The position numbers and the translations under genes are program-made. Below, piece after piece: positions 11,368-20,617 of a stretch of DNA of 64,000 nucleotides; the stretch's first letter is position 1, and each line of letters opens with the position of its first letter. Source of the DNA: Gammaproteobacteria bacterium. GTDB lineage: Bacteria > Pseudomonadota > Gammaproteobacteria > Steroidobacterales > JBCCMA01. The DNA is taken from the NCBI GenBank assembly GCA_045106455.1, contig JBGCEL010000021.1, positions 49,713 through 113,712 on the forward strand. The letters are read 5' to 3'. Under the pieces are notes generated by a model. It saw only the letters and a program-made list of their open reading frames with translations, was not told the origin of the DNA and did no database searches.

Positions 11368-11558
11368 TGGAATCACTGATCGATATTGGCCTGCTTCGCG
11401 GCCTTCTGACCGCTCTGGTCTTTACCGCGTTTATTGGCTTGGTGTTCTGGGCTTACTCGGGTCGCCGCGAGCAAGAATTTGGCGCTGCCGCGCAGTTGCC
11501 ACTGGAAGAAGATACCTACATCAACACGACGACGCCGAACAAGGGAGAGCCATCATGA
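11367..11558 (+). CDS. ccoQ: cbb3-type oxidase small subunit CcoQ
   Basis: 63 aa, one TM segment, FIGLVFWAY...AAQLPL; lies between ccoO and ccoP. Confidence 0.92.
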   Translation: MESLIDIGLLRGLLTALVFTAFIGLVFWAYSGRREQEFGAAAQLPLEEDTYINTTTPNKGEPS

Positions 11559-12472
11559 GCAGTAGTTGGCATTGGTTTATCGTCGTCTTTTCGGTAATCA
11601 ACATCATCGCCTGTCTGTGGCTCATTGTCTGGACGACACGTCAGGGTGATGAACAAAAAGGCGCGATGGAAACGTTGGACCACAGCTGGGACGGCGATCT
11701 GCAGGAGCGCAACAACCCATTGCCACGCTGGTGGTTGTTTCTGTTCGTCGGCACCATTATCTGGGGCTTTGGCTATCTTGCCTGGTACCCGGGTCTTGGC
11801 GCGTTTGCCGGTGCCGGGAAATGGTCATCCGTTGATCAATACCTCGAAGAGCGCCGTAAAATTGACGCGGTCTACGAGCAAAAATTTAGCCAACTGGCGA
11901 GCATGGACTACGCCACACTCGGCCAACACGCTGAGGGTATGGAAATCGCCGGTCGACTGTACGGCGCAAACTGCGCTACCTGTCACGGCTCGGACGCCCG
12001 CGGCGCACGTGGCTTTCCAAATCTGGCCGATTCGGACTGGCTGTGGGGCGGTGATGCAAACGCCATCACCACCACCATCACTAACGGCCGCGTCGGTGCC
12101 ATGCCGGCGTGGGGTGCAGCGCTGGGTGAAGATGGCGTCAAAGCCACCGTGGCGTACGTTCGTTCGTTGGCCGGCAAAGAGGCTGACACCACACGGCTTG
12201 AACAAGGAAAAGCGCACTACAACACGCTGTGCATCGCCTGCCATGGTCCGACGGGCAAAGGCATGCAGGTGCTCGGCGCGCCAAACCTGACCGATGATAT
12301 CTGGCTTTATGGCAGCGACACCGCCGCTCTGACCAAAACCATCGCAGAAGGCCGCGCAGGCAATATGCCGGCGCACACAAACCTCCTGACGGCGCACGAA
12401 ATCAAGCTACTGACGGCGTATGTGATGACGCTCAATGGTGCGAATTCGGGCAGCACCACGGGTGGACAGTAG
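11555..12472 (+). CDS. ccoP: cbb3-type cytochrome c oxidase subunit III (diheme)
   Basis: HSWDG...NNPLPRWW; two CxxCH motifs (CATCH, CIACH). Confidence 0.97.
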   Translation: MSSSWHWFIVVFSVINIIACLWLIVWTTRQGDEQKGAMETLDHSWDGDLQERNNPLPRWWLFLFVGTIIWGFGYLAWYPGLGAFAGAGKWSSVDQYLEERRKIDAVYEQKFSQLASMDYATLGQHAEGMEIAGRLYGANCATCHGSDARGARGFPNLADSDWLWGGDANAITTTITNGRVGAMPAWGAALGEDGVKATVAYVRSLAGKEADTTRLEQGKAHYNTLCIACHGPTGKGMQVLGAPNLTDDIWLYGSDTAALTKTIAEGRAGNMPAHTNLLTAHEIKLLTAYVMTLNGANSGSTTGGQ

Positions 12473-12476
12473 CCCA

Positions 12477-12761
12477 ATGGCACACTGGAACTGGCGTCAG
12501 CGCAGCATCGCCGTCGCACTCTGGCCTTCGTTCCTGGCAGCGTGCCTTGGCACGCTGTTGTTTTTTGCCAAACTCGACGCAACAAGATTGCAGCAAGCCT
12601 TCGTGTTCGATTTTCAGCTGAGCGATCAGGCGGTCTACTCCATCGGCTTTTTGTTCTTCTGGCTCGTTGCCTTTACCTCGTCCGTACTCTCCACCTGGCT
12701 GATTCGGACCGAACGACGCATTGACGACTTTCCCACCCTTGACGATGACAATCGCCGTTAA
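12477..12761 (+). CDS. Small two-TM membrane protein in the cco cluster
   Basis: 94 aa from ATG 12477; LWPSFLAA and VYSIGFLFFW hydrophobic segments; packed between ccoP and ccoG. Confidence 0.75.
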   Translation: MAHWNWRQRSIAVALWPSFLAACLGTLLFFAKLDATRLQQAFVFDFQLSDQAVYSIGFLFFWLVAFTSSVLSTWLIRTERRIDDFPTLDDDNRR

Positions 12762-12778
12762 ATGAAAAAGATCGTCAC

Positions 12779-14155
12779 ATGAGCAACATCGCAAGCGCCG
12801 CCTCCCTGTATGAGAAGCAGGCGAAAATCTATCCACACGACGTCAAGGGCCCGTTTGCCACGCTACGCCGGGTTGCCGTGTACGTGCTGCTCGGCTTGTT
12901 CTACGGCGTCGTATGGCTGACCTGGGACAGCCGCCAGGCAGTGCTGTTTGACCTGCCTGCACGACAGTTTCATATTTTTGGTCTGACTCTGTGGCCGCAG
13001 GATTTTATCTATCTGGCGCTGCTGTTGCTGATTCTCGCCCTCATCCTGTTTTTTGTGACGGCACTGGCCGGGCGCCTATGGTGCGGCTACGCGTGTCCCC
13101 AAACGGTCTGGACCGAGGCATTCCTTCTGCTGGAGCGCTGGACAGAAGGACCACGCAATAAACGCATGAAACTGGATCGCGGGCCGATGACGCGTGAGAA
13201 GTTCATGCGCAAATCGGCCAAACAGTTTCTGTGGATCACGTTCTCGCTGTGGACCGGCCTCACCTTTGTCGGTTACTTCACGCCTATCCGCGGCTTGTTG
13301 GCCGACACGCTCACCTGGTCGATGCATCCATGGGCCGTGTTCTGGTTGTTTTTCTACGGCTTTGCGACCTACGGCAACGCCGGCTACCTGCGCGAGCAGG
13401 TGTGCAAATACATGTGTCCGTACGCGCGCTTCCAAAGCGCCATGTTTGACAAGAACACGCTGATTATCGCGTATGACGAAAACCGCGGTGAAGCACGCGG
13501 CGGGCGAAAAAAGAACGCGGAGCGCGCTGAGGGCGTTGGCGACTGCATCGACTGCACGCTGTGCGTTCAGGTGTGCCCTACCGGGATCGATATTCGGGAA
13601 GGGCTACAGTACGAATGCATCGCGTGCGCCGCGTGCATTGATGTCTGTAACGACGTCATGACCAAGATGGACTATCCCACCAACTTGATTCGTTACACCA
13701 CTGAAAATGCTGACAACGGTTCGCCCGCGAAGATCCTGCGACCACGCATCCTGTTGTACACCGCCCTGCTTTTAACCATCACAACGGGCATGCTGGTGTC
13801 ACTCACAACGCGCACGCCGCTGCGCATGGAAGTCATTCGTGATCGCAATGCGCTCTACCGGCTGGTCGCTGACGAAAAGGTAGAAAACGTCTATACCCTG
13901 CGCGTCATTAATATGACCGATGAAGCGCAAACCTATTCGCTGTCACTGCAGGGCGCTGATGGGTTTGACGCCGACGTACCCGCACTTACCGTGGCGGCTG
14001 CGCAAACGCAGGCGTTTCCCATTCGTTTGCGCACCCATCAAGCCAACGGCGTTGGCCGCATCCCGGTGACCGTCATATTGACCGCCGAGCGCGACGACAA
14101 TGTGCAAGTAGAACGCACCACCAACTTCTTTTTCCCCATGCCGAGTAACGAATGA
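12779..14155 (+). CDS. ccoG: Cytochrome c oxidase accessory protein CcoG (4Fe-4S)
   Basis: GRLWCGYACPQT, CKYMCPY, CIDCTLCVQVCP, CIACAACIDVC. Confidence 0.96.
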   Translation: MSNIASAASLYEKQAKIYPHDVKGPFATLRRVAVYVLLGLFYGVVWLTWDSRQAVLFDLPARQFHIFGLTLWPQDFIYLALLLLILALILFFVTALAGRLWCGYACPQTVWTEAFLLLERWTEGPRNKRMKLDRGPMTREKFMRKSAKQFLWITFSLWTGLTFVGYFTPIRGLLADTLTWSMHPWAVFWLFFYGFATYGNAGYLREQVCKYMCPYARFQSAMFDKNTLIIAYDENRGEARGGRKKNAERAEGVGDCIDCTLCVQVCPTGIDIREGLQYECIACAACIDVCNDVMTKMDYPTNLIRYTTENADNGSPAKILRPRILLYTALLLTITTGMLVSLTTRTPLRMEVIRDRNALYRLVADEKVENVYTLRVINMTDEAQTYSLSLQGADGFDADVPALTVAAAQTQAFPIRLRTHQANGVGRIPVTVILTAERDDNVQVERTTNFFFPMPSNE

Positions 14156-14355
14156 AAACTGATCAACCCACTCCCTGGTTTCGCGAACCGACCATGATGA
14201 TCGTTGCGGGCATTTTGGGATTTACTATAATCTCCGGCATCGCGATGCTGACGGTCGCAAGCAACGGCCACGACCAGCTCATCATGAGCGATCAGGATTA
14301 TCGCGAGTGGCGCGACGACATGCGCGCCACCACAGCTTTGCCAGACGATGACTAA
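14152..14355 (+). CDS. ccoH: Short FixH/CcoH-like protein
   Basis: PWFREP N-terminal motif plus one TM segment; overlaps ccoG and ccoI; only 67 aa. Confidence 0.7.
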   Translation: MKTDQPTPWFREPTMMIVAGILGFTIISGIAMLTVASNGHDQLIMSDQDYREWRDDMRATTALPDDD

Positions 14356-16849
14356 ACCCTGCTTCCATTGCCATGAGGATGTGCCACAGGGCCTTGCCCT
14401 GACGGTGCACATCAATGGTGAGGAGCAACCGGTCTGTTGTGCCGGCTGCCAAGCGGTGGCCACGCTCATTATCAGCGGCGGCAACGCTGCGTACTATCGC
14501 TTTCGCGAGGGGCCGGGGCAGCGACTTACGCCACAAGATCTTGAATCGCTGTCGCATTGGAAGGCGTTTGATTCGCAGTATCCAAGCGACGACGATGGCC
14601 TGTGCCAGATTCATATATTTATTGAAGGCCTGCACTGTGGTGCGTGCGGCTGGCTAATAGAAACGCGCCTCGGTGCTCTTGAGGGCGTCGTACACATCAA
14701 TATGGATGTACAAAGCTCGGCCGCCACGCTGAGCTGGTCACCCGCCTCTATCTTGCTGAGCGATGCACTCAGTGAACTGGTGCGGCTGGGCTATCGCCCG
14801 CATCCACTCGATGGTAACAGTGCCCGCGAAATACACACACAGGAGCGTAACGGTCTGCTGCGCCGGCTGGCGGTCGGTGGCCTGGGCATGATGCAGGTAA
14901 TGATGTTTGCTGTGGCAACCTATGCTGGCGCCCTCGAGGGCATTGATCCGGCCATTGAAAAACTCCTGTTGGGGGTGTCGATGTTGGTGGCGACACCCGT
15001 TGTTTTTTACGCAGGTTCGCCTTTTCTGGTCGGGGCGCTGCGTGCGCTTCTGAGTCGCCGTTTGAGTATGGATGTGCCAGTGGCGCTGGCGCTCATACTT
15101 GCCTACGGGGCGAGCTGCCTGCACTTTTTCAGCGACGGCGGTACAACGTACTTTGAATCCGTCAGCATGTTTGTGTTCTTCCTGCTGTGCGCACGTTTTC
15201 TCGCCATGATGGTCAGACATCGATCGCTGGACTCGCAGCTCGCATTGGCGCCAATGCTGCCCGACGTCGCCCTGAAATTCGTCGACCAGAGCAATGAACA
15301 AACGCAGCCCATCCCACGCACCGCATTGCGACCCGGCGATCGAATCCGGGTCCGAGCCGGTGATGCCGTGGCCGCCGATGGCATCGTTGTACAAGGCAGC
15401 GCGCGCATCGACGAATCCTTGCTGTCCGGCGAGTCTGAACCTGTACTGAGGACGACCGGCGATCAGGTTTTGGCAGCGAGCCTGAATCTGGACGGCTCGC
15501 TGGTGGTTCAGGTCACGGCCAGCGATGACAGCAGTCGCGTCGCAGGCATTGCCTCAACACTTGCCACGGCGCGCGATAAACGCCCGATCAGCACTCGCCT
15601 CACCGAGCGCCTGGCGGCGCGTTTCGTACTCGCGCTTCTCATTGTGGCGACGCTCGTCGGCGCCGTATGGTGGTGGATTGATCCGAGCCGCGCGCTGGGT
15701 ATTGTTCTGGCGGTTCTCGTGGTGACCTGCCCCTGCGCTCTGTCGCTGGCCATTCCCACCGCTCTGTCCGCGGCGGCGATGAAGCTTGCGTCCAGCGGAC
15801 TACTCGTTAATCGGTTGGATGCAGTGGAGACGCTCGTCAAAGTGAATCAGGCCCTCTTCGATAAGACCGGCACGCTGACGCGCGGCACGCCGGTGATCGA
15901 GACGGTAATGACCAATACTGAGCACCCGCTCGCCGTTGACGAAGACGAACTGCTTGGATTAATCGCAAGTCTGGAAGCGCACAGCACGCACCCGCTAGCC
16001 GAGGCGTTTCGTGACATTACGCCGGCCGGTCCGGCAAACGCTGTGCAAAATATTGCCGGCCGCGGACTGCGCGGTATGGTTGGCCTGCGTACTTTACGCG
16101 CGGGTCAGGCTGATTTTGTCGGTGTCACCAACAGCCATCCGCTTGCACTGCGCGCCAATATTCTGATCAGTGATCAGGACGGCTTCTTAGGCGGCGTTGT
16201 TTTGGGTGATCAGTGGCGCGACGATGCGCGTGCCACCGTTACCCAACTGCGTGAAATGAACATACGCAGCACCATTGCCAGTGGCGACCGCCACGAGCGC
16301 GTGATGGAGGCCGTCACCGCGCTTGGGCTGCACACCGGCTTTGGCCAATGCCTGCCTGAAGACAAGCTGGCGCACGTGCGACGCATGCAAGAACGCGGCG
16401 ATGTGGTGCTGGCCATCGGCGATGGCGTCAACGACGCGACGCTGCTGGCCGGTGCCGATGTGTCGGTAGCGGTAGCAAGCGGTGCACAGCTCGCGCAAAG
16501 TGGCGCCGATATTGTCATGACAAGTTCGGGCTTAAACGCTCTCGCCCAACTTCCACTGGTCGCGCAACAATGGCAGCGCACGGTGCGTCAAAATCTCATC
16601 TGGGCCATCGGCTACAACGTCATCGCCGTGCCGCTTGCCGCCGCGGGGCTCGTGGGTCCCGGTGTGGCCGCACTAGGCATGTCGTTGAGTTCGCTGTTTG
16701 TGGTGCTGAACTCGGCACGTCTGGCAAGATCCGGCGAGCGCTCCGTGCGACCACAGCCGTTACCGAACACGACTCCGACCCCGGCCCGGACGCCTGATAT
16801 TAAGCAGCTCACCACCGATAAAGTTCACGCCGTAAGAGACGCCGCATGA
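14348..16849 (+). CDS. ccoI: Cu-transporting P1B-type ATPase CcoI/FixI
   Basis: CFHC...CCAGC, CGAC, SGES, CPC, DKTGT, GDGVND. Confidence 0.95.
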   Translation: MTKPCFHCHEDVPQGLALTVHINGEEQPVCCAGCQAVATLIISGGNAAYYRFREGPGQRLTPQDLESLSHWKAFDSQYPSDDDGLCQIHIFIEGLHCGACGWLIETRLGALEGVVHINMDVQSSAATLSWSPASILLSDALSELVRLGYRPHPLDGNSAREIHTQERNGLLRRLAVGGLGMMQVMMFAVATYAGALEGIDPAIEKLLLGVSMLVATPVVFYAGSPFLVGALRALLSRRLSMDVPVALALILAYGASCLHFFSDGGTTYFESVSMFVFFLLCARFLAMMVRHRSLDSQLALAPMLPDVALKFVDQSNEQTQPIPRTALRPGDRIRVRAGDAVAADGIVVQGSARIDESLLSGESEPVLRTTGDQVLAASLNLDGSLVVQVTASDDSSRVAGIASTLATARDKRPISTRLTERLAARFVLALLIVATLVGAVWWWIDPSRALGIVLAVLVVTCPCALSLAIPTALSAAAMKLASSGLLVNRLDAVETLVKVNQALFDKTGTLTRGTPVIETVMTNTEHPLAVDEDELLGLIASLEAHSTHPLAEAFRDITPAGPANAVQNIAGRGLRGMVGLRTLRAGQADFVGVTNSHPLALRANILISDQDGFLGGVVLGDQWRDDARATVTQLREMNIRSTIASGDRHERVMEAVTALGLHTGFGQCLPEDKLAHVRRMQERGDVVLAIGDGVNDATLLAGADVSVAVASGAQLAQSGADIVMTSSGLNALAQLPLVAQQWQRTVRQNLIWAIGYNVIAVPLAAAGLVGPGVAALGMSLSSLFVVLNSARLARSGERSVRPQPLPNTTPTPARTPDIKQLTTDKVHAVRDAA

Positions 16850-17004
16850 AAATTTTGTTTGTTCTAATACCGCTCAGTTTGTCGCTGTTCGCGTTGGCGG
16901 TCTGGGGTTTTTTCTGGATGGTCCGCCATCGTCAGTTTGATGATCTGGATTCTGCCGGATGGCGCGTTCTGCTCGATGATCCGAAAGAACCCCCGCCCTC
17001 ATGA
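16846..17004 (+). CDS. ccoS: cbb3 oxidase maturation protein CcoS (52 aa, absent from the ORF track)
   Basis: Hand translation MKILFVLIPLSLSLFALAVWGFFWMVRHRQFDDLDSAGWRVLLDDPKEPPPS*; QFDDL motif; ATGA overlaps at both ends. Confidence 0.93.
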   Translation: MKILFVLIPLSLSLFALAVWGFFWMVRHRQFDDLDSAGWRVLLDDPKEPPPS

Positions 17005-17720
17005 TGATGCAGACCATGACATTCTCGGCCGCCCTGCTCGCAGGCTTTATGGCCAGCGGTCATTGCCTTGGCATGTGCGGGCCCATGACAGCGCTTGCCG
17101 CCGCGCCGGGCCACACAGCGACCGGCATGCGAGCGCTTGCTTACAATTCCGGGCGACTAGTCAGCTATTCCATCATTGGCGCGGTGTTTGGCTACCTTGG
17201 CTTCGCACTGGGTGATGCGGCCGGGGTCGCACGCTGGTCGGTAATCCTGCGCATTGCTCTGGGCGTGGTGATGTTGCTGATCGGCCTGCAGCTGCTGCGG
17301 CGACGCGGCGGCGCCTCCGTCTTCGAACGACTCGGCATGCGCATCTGGGCCCGCCTCGCGCCGCTCACACGCCACCTGAACCCGGCGGGACGCACTGTCG
17401 ACCTGTTTGCCATGGGACTTCTGTGGGGCTGGCTACCCTGCGGGATGGTCTACAGCATGCTCGCCGTGGCCGCGGTATCCGGCAGCGCCGTCCACGGTGC
17501 CAGCGTCATGCTGGCCTTCGGCCTCGGGACGTTGCCGGCGCTGCTGGGTCTGTCTCTGGCCGGCACACGACTGCACGTGCTGCGCAGTCTCCATTCACGT
17601 CGCGCGCTTGGCTTGGGTTTGATTCTGGCCGGCCTGTGGATGGCGGCCATGCCGCTGTACTCAACGCTCGGTGCTGCGGAGGACGGCGCACATGCTCACC
17701 ATCACATGCATCATCACTAA
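17001..17720 (+). CDS. Sulfite exporter TauE/SafE-like (DsbD_2) cco-associated membrane protein with His-rich tail
   Basis: HCLGMCG, YNSGRLVSY, WGWLPCGMVY, FGLGT; C-terminal HAHHHMHHH. Confidence 0.9.
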   Translation: MMMQTMTFSAALLAGFMASGHCLGMCGPMTALAAAPGHTATGMRALAYNSGRLVSYSIIGAVFGYLGFALGDAAGVARWSVILRIALGVVMLLIGLQLLRRRGGASVFERLGMRIWARLAPLTRHLNPAGRTVDLFAMGLLWGWLPCGMVYSMLAVAAVSGSAVHGASVMLAFGLGTLPALLGLSLAGTRLHVLRSLHSRRALGLGLILAGLWMAAMPLYSTLGAAEDGAHAHHHMHHH

Positions 17721-17723
17721 TCG

Positions 17724-18356
17724 TTAATCTGGAAAGTAGTCCGCGCGATGCAGCTGGCGAATCAGTTGCGCCAGCGACGTCACCTGCATTTTTTCCATCA
17801 CATGGGCACGGTGAATCTCAACCGTACGTTGAGAGATGTTCAGATCCATCGCCACCACTTTGTTGGCTTTACCGTCGGCCACCATGGCCAGCACATCGCG
17901 CTCGCGCGGTGTCAGTGTGTCCAAACGTGCGCGGACTTGTGCCACGGACGCCGATTTTTCCAACTGCGCACGATTGCCGTCCAGCGCCTGATGGATACGA
18001 TCCAACAGGTCTTGATCGCGAAAGGGCTTGGCCAGAAAATCCGTGGCGCCGCGTTTTAGGGCCTCAACGGCCATTTCAATATCGCCGTGACCGGAGATGA
18101 ATATGATCTTGAGCTGTGTGCAGCCGCGTTCCGCCAAAATCTCCTGCAGCTCCAAACCACTCATTGACGGCATGCGCACGTCCAGCACCAACACACCGTG
18201 AGTATTGTCGTAGGCCGCCAGAAAATCCGCGGCCGATTCGAAACTTCTTGCCTCAAGGCCAACCGAGTCCATCAAAAACCCGAGGCTGTCGCGAACGGCT
18301 GTATCGTCATCAACGATATATATTCGTTGCTCGCTTACTCCGGCGCTATTTTTCAT
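17724..18356 (-). CDS. fixJ: FixJ-type response regulator (REC + LuxR HTH)
   Basis: IVDDD, LDVRMP, SGHGD, KPF, LTPRERDVL...SQRTVEIHRAHVMEKM; alternative GTG start at 18368. Confidence 0.9.
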   Translation of the reverse strand: MKNSAGVSEQRIYIVDDDTAVRDSLGFLMDSVGLEARSFESAADFLAAYDNTHGVLVLDVRMPSMSGLELQEILAERGCTQLKIIFISGHGDIEMAVEALKRGATDFLAKPFRDQDLLDRIHQALDGNRAQLEKSASVAQVRARLDTLTPRERDVLAMVADGKANKVVAMDLNISQRTVEIHRAHVMEKMQVTSLAQLIRQLHRADYFPD

Positions 18357-19515
18357 TTCCACCCGCACTATCCTCCGCAGCAGGTAACGTAAACCGAAAA
18401 CGTGAACCGCCGCCAGGGTTAGGTTCGCAATAAAGCTGTCCGCCGTGACGCTGCACTATCGTACTGCAAATCGACAAACCGATGCCCATTCCACTGGGCT
18501 TGGATGTCTCAAACGGCAGAAAGATTGAGTCCACCTTCTCCAGCGGCACGCCCTCACCGTGATCGATCACCACGATTTCTACCCCTTCGGCATGCGCATG
18601 ACTCTCGATGCGAATGCCCTTCTCAGCTTGCGACCGCAAAATCATCGCCTCGAGACCATTACGGACCAAATTGATCACCACCTGCTGAATTTGCACTGGG
18701 TCAATTTTCACAGCCGGCAGGTCGTCACTCAGAGACAGTTTGATGGGCGCGTCACTGTCGCGCGCCTCGGTCTCCATCAGCACCAACAGGTCGCGTAACA
18801 CATGGTTGATATTGCGCAGGGCGCGCGGCGTCTCGGTCTGCTGCGCCAGATCGCGCATGCGTTGCACCACGTCGCCTGCCCGCCTTGCTTGTTGCGCGAT
18901 GCTGCTCAGCGCATACGCGATCTTTTCAACTTGAGGTGTGTCCTGCGCCGTAAAGCGTTGCGCGGCATCGGCGTACGTCGCGATGGCCGCCAAAGGCTGA
19001 TTGATCTCATGCGCAATTCCGGCCGTCATCTCACCCAGCGTCGACACGCGATGCACGTGTTCGAGTGAGCGTTCCAATTGACGCCCGTGGGCACGTTCGC
19101 TTTTCAATTCGTTTTCAAGGCTGGTGCGGCGGCGCAGATCGCGCATGATGCCCACAAACAACGAGTGATCCCCCATGGGCGCCTCACCCACGGACAAATC
19201 GATGGGGAACACGGTGCCGTCGCTGTGGCGGGCCTTAACCTCGCGCCCGATTCCGATGATGCGTGCTTGCCCGGTTTCAAGGTAACGATCCATGTAGCCG
19301 TCGTGCTCGCCGTGATAGGGCTCGGGCATCAGAACCGTGACGTTCTTCCCTATGACGAATTCGGTCGAGAACCCGAACATTTCTTGCGCCCCGGCACTAA
19401 ACGACAAAATTCTGGCCTTTTCGTCGATCACGACGATGCCGTCCACGGCCGCACCCAGCAAAGCCTCCAGAAGCTTGTCACTGGCGTTCTCTATGGTCTC
19501 CTGACGGTCGATCAT
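18346..19515 (-). CDS. fixL: Soluble heme-PAS O2-sensor histidine kinase, FixL-type
   Basis: PAS segment LMPEPYHGEHDGYMDRY...IIGIGR (proximal His and distal Arg of FixL), AHEINQP H-box, GMGIGL; no TM segments. Confidence 0.88.
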   Translation of the reverse strand: MIDRQETIENASDKLLEALLGAAVDGIVVIDEKARILSFSAGAQEMFGFSTEFVIGKNVTVLMPEPYHGEHDGYMDRYLETGQARIIGIGREVKARHSDGTVFPIDLSVGEAPMGDHSLFVGIMRDLRRRTSLENELKSERAHGRQLERSLEHVHRVSTLGEMTAGIAHEINQPLAAIATYADAAQRFTAQDTPQVEKIAYALSSIAQQARRAGDVVQRMRDLAQQTETPRALRNINHVLRDLLVLMETEARDSDAPIKLSLSDDLPAVKIDPVQIQQVVINLVRNGLEAMILRSQAEKGIRIESHAHAEGVEIVVIDHGEGVPLEKVDSIFLPFETSKPSGMGIGLSICSTIVQRHGGQLYCEPNPGGGSRFRFTLPAAEDSAGGNEK

Positions 19516-19536
19516 GGTCCTTGCCGTGTAGCCAAT

Positions 19537-19551
19537 CTAAGTATTTTCCGA
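19537..19551 (+). promoter_or_regulatory. Candidate FixJ-type binding site in the fixL/usp divergent region (CTAAGTATTTTCCGA)
   Basis: Exact copy of the 15-mer at 9160-9174, same orientation and similar distance relative to the downstream gene. Confidence 0.6.
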
Positions 19552-19647
19552 GGGTTGGCAGCGGATACCCCGCGCTGTGCCAATCACACCCACAGGGTAC
19601 CTTTTGCAGATGAAAACGCCAATTCCGAGTCGACGCGGGGAACCGGT

Positions 19648-20568
19648 TTGAAGACCTATGTGATCGACATTGCCGACCCGACAGAAGATGAGCCCGCTTC
19701 GATTGCTGCCGCACACGCGCTGCTCGAGTCAGGCGATCGGGTGGTGCTGTTTCATTACATCTTTCATCAGCGATTGGTGGAGGAGCAGGGAAACCCTGCT
19801 CACCGGTTAGTGGCCGAGGCGCGCGACCTGCTGATGGCAAGCCGCACAGAGCAACTCGCCGCGCTCGCCGGGCAGTTCGCAAACCAGGACGTCCGATGCG
19901 AGGTTGTGTGGACGGATAATGGCTGGCAATCGCTGGTCAATTTCGTGCGCGACCAAAAGGCCGACATGCTGATTGCGCAGAGCGAACGACCGAGTCGCTG
20001 GCGTCCATTGACACGTGCCAACGACGATTGGCAGCTCATCCGCCACTGCCCGGTGCCGTTGCTACTTGCGCGCCCCGAATGCGGACATCAGTACAAACAA
20101 ATTTTGGCCGCCGTCGATCCCCTGCATGTGGATGACAAGCCTGCCGAACTCGACTATCGAATTCTCGACCACGCATCCGAAATATCAGCGCGTCACAACG
20201 CTTCACTTTGCGTATTGAACGTGGCGGTACCGGTAACGGTGAGCTCAAGCATCGCTGCTGCACCCATCGCTGAGGCTCAGGTGGTCACCAAAGAGATTGT
20301 GACGGCCCATCGCGAACGTCTGGCCACGATCCTTGAAGAGTTGGGTATTGATATCGCTCAAATTTGCGTGATTCCGGGGCTGCCTGCTCAGGAAATCGTC
20401 AAGCACGCCCAGGATCAGAATGCCGATTTGGTTGTCATGGGCGCCGTGTCGCGTTCTGCACTGCGCAACCTTCTGATTGGGAATACGGCTGAAAAAGTGC
20501 TGGACCAGATTGCGGCGGACACGCTAATAATCAAGCCGTTCGTGGACGACAGCACCACCGCACAATAA
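19648..20568 (+). CDS. Tandem-domain universal stress protein, UspE-like
   Basis: DWQLIRHCPVPLLL, ILAAVDP, DLVVMGAVSRS...IGNTAEKVL; start placed at TTG 19648 (uncertain). Confidence 0.88.
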   Translation: MKTYVIDIADPTEDEPASIAAAHALLESGDRVVLFHYIFHQRLVEEQGNPAHRLVAEARDLLMASRTEQLAALAGQFANQDVRCEVVWTDNGWQSLVNFVRDQKADMLIAQSERPSRWRPLTRANDDWQLIRHCPVPLLLARPECGHQYKQILAAVDPLHVDDKPAELDYRILDHASEISARHNASLCVLNVAVPVTVSSSIAAAPIAEAQVVTKEIVTAHRERLATILEELGIDIAQICVIPGLPAQEIVKHAQDQNADLVVMGAVSRSALRNLLIGNTAEKVLDQIAADTLIIKPFVDDSTTAQ

Positions 20569-20602
20569 AAAGCCCGGACGGCCTTTTCAGGGCCGCCCGG
20601 GC
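20567..20602 (-). terminator. Rho-independent terminator of the giant gene (possibly bidirectional)
   Basis: GC stem gcccggacggcc / ggccgcccgggc, followed by TTTTT on the minus strand; lies between convergent genes. Confidence 0.8.
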
Positions 20603-20617
20603 ACTCAACTCAGCGCA

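Noticed and set aside
16937-18100. Alternative ORFs 16937-17215 and 17423-18100
   Set aside because: They overlap ccoS, the DsbD_2 gene and fixJ, which have clear family motifs.
19078-19647. 190-aa N-terminal extension of the 496-aa Usp ORF
   Set aside because: It overlaps fixL on the opposite strand and covers the divergent promoter; Usp-like sequence begins only near 19648.
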